From Raillietiella orientalis (taxonomy: Eukaryota), in assembly GCA_036172245.1 (NCBI GenBank), contig JAYWIR010000012.1:186001-250000 (forward strand): a stretch of DNA of 64,000 nt, in the 5' to 3' direction. Below, one piece after another: positions 59,552-64,000 of the stretch (its first letter is position 1; every line of letters begins with the position of its first letter). Made by a program: the position numbers and the translations under genes. The notes below the pieces were generated by a model. That model searched no databases. It saw nothing but the letters and a program-made list of their open reading frames with translations, and was not told the DNA's origin.

Positions 59552-62500
59552 AGTATACTATTGGAAATGAAGGCAAAGTACTTGCAGCAGAGCTATTGAA
59601 AGGTAAATTTTAATTCTGTAAATTGGAAAATTTGGATTGCATAATAATGAAGTTGTGTGAAATTACACATTCAGAATGTTATGCCTTGCAATGTTTCAAC
59701 GTGCATGATTGCAAATACCATGAAGCAGCATATTATTTAGAATAGTTTGTGTATCATGGTGGTTGTGCTTTTTTGGAGACATTTTGTAGAATAGCTGTTA
59801 TTGCTATTCTGATATTTTCAGATTCTGCATTTGTTCTATAGCCAAAAATGGAAATTTGTTGGATTCCATGTGTTTATTGCATCAGATTAGGATTTTTAAA
59901 CAAGCATTAAGTTTTGCTCCCAAAACTATGAGGACTATGAAGGAAAAGTAGATATTTGAAGCTGGAGGTTCAGTATGATAAGAATTATCATACTGAAAAT
60001 TCACTATTGCAAGTGAATATGCCTGGATTAATGTGTTCTCTTTTGAAAGAACATATTGATCATTCCCATTATTTGACATCTGTAAGATAAATATTTCTTA
60101 CAGTAGATGCATGTTACTGAATTCCACAATACAAAACTAATCCGAAATTGCAACTTATTTTGTTATTATTTAGTCTTGTATTGAACATTTCTTATCAGTC
60201 ACTCATTGTGACTTGTGTAAAGAGTTGCTTGATCTAGATAGTAAGCAAGGAGGCTATGTGCAATATTAATCTCCTTCAAGTGAAGAAACAAGGCAACATG
60301 GTCTAATACAGATTGCTACTGAATCTTATTATAAATGTATTTTGCATTCTGTTTTGTAAAAGTAACTTTTATGTACAGTATTTGAGGATTCTCCTATGTT
60401 TGGCATAATGTAGACTCACAACATTAGTTTTTACAACAGCTTACATAGAGATCGGTGTTATAATTAATATCACATAAACATGTAAAGGATGTGTTTTTTA
60501 GATAGGTTTTTATTTGCTTACATTACCCACCTACCTTTAATTAACAGATATTCTTAACTTCCTTTTGTTATTGTTGAAGATTCCTTCTACTGCAGAAGAT
60601 TTTGCTGTTGTTTGACAAAGTCAGATTTTGGTATTGAAAGAATTAGATAGATTGATTCATTTTCTAATTTCTGTTTCTTAAATAATATGATTGTGGAATA
60701 ATTATCTGTCTGATCTAATAGAATAACTAAAGTAAAATAATTAAAAGTTATTTTGACAGAGTTCCAGGCAGAACCAAATTCAATAGCATAAAGCTAGCAT
60801 GTTTGAAGTAATTGCACAGTTTTGGGAGAAGAATTTGATCTGTCTATTGTAATCTGGGCAGATCAAATTTAACTTAACTACCAAACTTTTTTCATGCTGT
60901 TAAAAATGCAAGAAAAAATCGAGCAAAAATTCTCAACTAGATGGAATAATTATTTAGTGATCAGTATTCTGCATTTGTGGATACTGCTGTTACTGCTAAA
61001 AGCAAAAATAAACAATAAATTGTCTACTTAGCCATAGTAAACATTAGCCTACCGTCCTACAGTATGGCTTGCATAAAATTCATGAATGTTCTCCCCTTTG
61101 AACATTTTGAAGCTTTCCATTAAAAATTTGATACTATTTATTGTTTTGGGTTTTAGTGATTAAAATTTGAAAATTGATAATCTCAACAATATTTGATGAA
61201 ATTGCATTTATATAATTTATGCTGTTCAACTTATTTTCATGTTTAAAATTATTCACTGAATCCATGATAGTAATGGTGCTTTTGTAACCAGCATCAGGCA
61301 TGTAATTTCCTATTCAGAGTGAGAATATTTATTTATTGATCTGACTACAAAATAGGTGTGGATCTTTCAGAATAAAATCTTGGGAACCAGATTTTCTGTA
61401 TTCCAATTAAATAATTTTATGTTATGCTAGAATTTTGCCCTTCCGTTTTCTTCAAAATTGTTTTTCGTTCATCAAATTCAATGCATTATTAGAAAAATGC
61501 TTTGTAAACTTCTGAATGACAAATCCTTCAGATAAGACCATTCATTTGTTAATCATTTAGTTGCAGTTTTTACAGAAAGATTTTCAAATTTGTTAACTAT
61601 TTATTGAAATATGATAAACATTTAGATCTTTGTTTCTAATTACGTATGTGTGAACTTCAAGCATTATTGATTTTTTGTCTACAGGTGATTCAAAAAGTTT
61701 TATTATTGTATTAAAAATCCTTGCAACAAACACTGCTGCTGCAATAAAATTGGAATACTTAAACCATTTAGTGAGGTGCACATCTTCCAAAGGGTCCGAT
61801 AAAACACTCAAAGCAGATACAAATTTCATATTGACGAGGTACATGTCAAAGTTTCCTATTTACAGAGTATCATTTTTTAACTATTATGGATGAGACTTGT
61901 TTTTTTTGTGTTGCAGTATTCTCCCATGTTTAGTGCACGAAGTCAAAGAGGTTCGCACAGCAACACTTCGACTGTTGCGATATATTATATGTGATATCTC
62001 AGCTGTAAAAAGTTTTATTAAATTGCATTTACCAGTGTTTGTGTGCAGGTGCTAGATTACTCGTTTGAAGAGTTTTGTTTATATTTTGTTCTCAGGTGTC
62101 TGGATATCAATTTAGACAACACTGCAGAAAGAATTCATGCATTACGTTTGAGTCGACATCTGCTTGGAATAGCTCCTGAGTTGTTTCCCATTGATATAGC
62201 AAGAGCCCTGGTTTCACTCTCAATAAATGGCAGCATAGATCAAGACAAGTTGCACTGGGCTGTTCTAGGGACTTTAGCTGAATTAGGTAAATTGTTTACA
62301 GGTATAAGTAAGAGGATTATGTATTCGTTAGCATTGCTAAACCCCAACCGGTTTGTTGAATGCGGAGGTGTTCGTGCTATAACATTAAACTTGTTTACAT
62401 GCCCTCTGCCGAAAATTCACGAAACTTTGATTGGTTGCCTGTTATATTTGGAGAATTCTCTTGAAACAAGAATGATAGCAAGCATCCAGCTTAACGTGCT

Positions 62501-62986
62501 AGCTGCACCCTACACCGATTTCCATTTTTGTCTATCTGGAATTGATTTCTCAGAGTATGTAGAATATACAAGCGAATGAAAGATATTGGATTGTTTTATT
62601 TTTAGAAATTCAAGGGAATTGGTCTTTCAGTCATGCAAGCTAGCTTTGCTGGCTATTTTTCGTTCATGGACGGGCATTCTGCATTTTTGTCATCCTAGTT
62701 CTCGTACTTTATCATCACTCATGCAAGTACTTCAGTCTGCTAAACAGCCTACCAGAGTAATAACAGTTGGTATTGATAAGGATATTAATTACTGCTACTT
62801 ATTTCAGGGAGCCTTGTTAGAAGTTTTTTTTGATTTATTCCAGCTACCCATTCCAGATTGGACTACTGATCTATCTGAAGCACTACAAGTCACAAATCCT
62901 TTTCGATTTCAGAATTCATGGAAGTTATTGGAAGGTTTTGTTGCATCAGAAGGTCTGACAATATTGCCAAGACTTACAAAAGTAAG
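59552..62986 (+). CDS. RICTOR: RICTOR N-terminal exons (start exon not identified; gene probably continues beyond the window)
   Basis: KEVRTATLRLLRY, RCLDI...ERIHALRL, LAAPYTDFH, AIFRSWTGI, FQNSWKLLEGFVASEG..ILP match the RICTOR N-terminus. Clear exons run from 61685; the 51-nt phase-compatible exon 59552-59602 is tentative. Confidence 0.92.
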
Positions 62987-64000
62987 GTAAGATTACGCAT
63001 TTTGATAACTATGATGATTAAAATAAGTCCTTGCAGTGTTATTCAATAAGAGTCGGTAAAGTAAATAGTCTTTGTAAAAATTAATTACTGTGAGTAATTC
63101 TACATTCTCTCTTCCTGATTTTAATATGTGATGATTGAAAGAAATCTGTAGAAAACTTTTGAACAAACGACTGCAGTTCTGTATTTTTGTCCAGAAAATA
63201 AGTAATTTTTATTATTTTCACTACGATTTGTATTTTTTAGAAATATTTGCTCATCGTTCCACTTATATGTGCGCTCAAAATACCTTTGGCAAGTTCTAGT
63301 GGGCAAACAGCAGTTTCTTCTTGCAATTGTGTTTTTGATAATGTGTGGGTGTACATGTTCACTATAATAGAAAATGTCAGTGATCTATGGATATAACGCA
63401 GTCTGCATTACATATAGTCTAACATTTCTATTCAAATTTTCAGTTTCTGCATTAAGTACTATCTCACAATTTTTCGTCACACATTTGCTAACATTCTCTG
63501 TCTTTAACTGTGATTCACTTTAGTCGATAGATACTTTTTTAATATGTGTGCTTTCATTCCCCCCCCCCCCTGCTTTTTTTTACTAAGTGCCATTTTTATT
63601 TTAATCAGCATTCAACATGCCATGAATTTATTTGACCTAAAACTTTTTTTTCCAGTTTGTTTCATTTTGATGTTTTGAGTTTTGTTTGAACGATGTCAAA
63701 CCTATAGTTTGTACATGACAACTACAGAATTATTTTTATGGCATGCTATTAGTTTAACATGTTTTATGCCATTTTCTTGTTTCCATCAGATTTGGAATTT
63801 TTCTAAATTTAAACCTAACCTAAGAAAACTAAAGGTCCTAATTCAGTATTTGATTATTGCTGGTCCAGAACTCTTACTTTCAAGGTAGGTTAGAACCCTC
63901 TGCATAATGGGAAAACAGATCCAGTTTCTTATGCTGTTCTTTTGGAGAAAAAAGCAAAATTTCTGCAATCTCGGAAATTTAGAAAAGTCCCGGAATAATT

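Noticed and set aside
63682..63888. Next RICTOR exon
   Set aside because: The candidate acceptor gives an in-frame stop in the required phase and shows no RICTOR similarity.

Overview
Eukaryotic (invertebrate animal) genomic DNA with three compartments. The left flank (1-~5 kb) is AT-rich and carries RIOK1 (-). The right flank (~50.7-64 kb) is AT-rich and CpG-poor and carries a PRA1-family gene (ARL6IP5/PRAF-like, +), PQBP1 (-) and the 5' part of RICTOR (+). The flank-gene introns I measured are mostly 39-78 nt. Between the flanks lies a ~45 kb GC- and CpG-rich island. It holds two tandem 7-exon genes (-) for probably secreted Cys-rich CUB-like proteins, which I spliced by hand to 369 and 377 aa. 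Their introns and the intergenic DNA are full of mobile-element remnants: six L1/Tx1-like LINE 3' ends, about 10 copies or fragments of a long tRNA-headed non-autonomous element with an unusual structured tail, three AT-rich foldback MITEs, and degenerate DIRS-, Ty3/gypsy-, Penelope-, R4-like and possibly Helitron-like relics. I saw no prokaryotic systems, CRISPR arrays, rRNA or intact tRNA genes. All calls are by eye; no searches were run.
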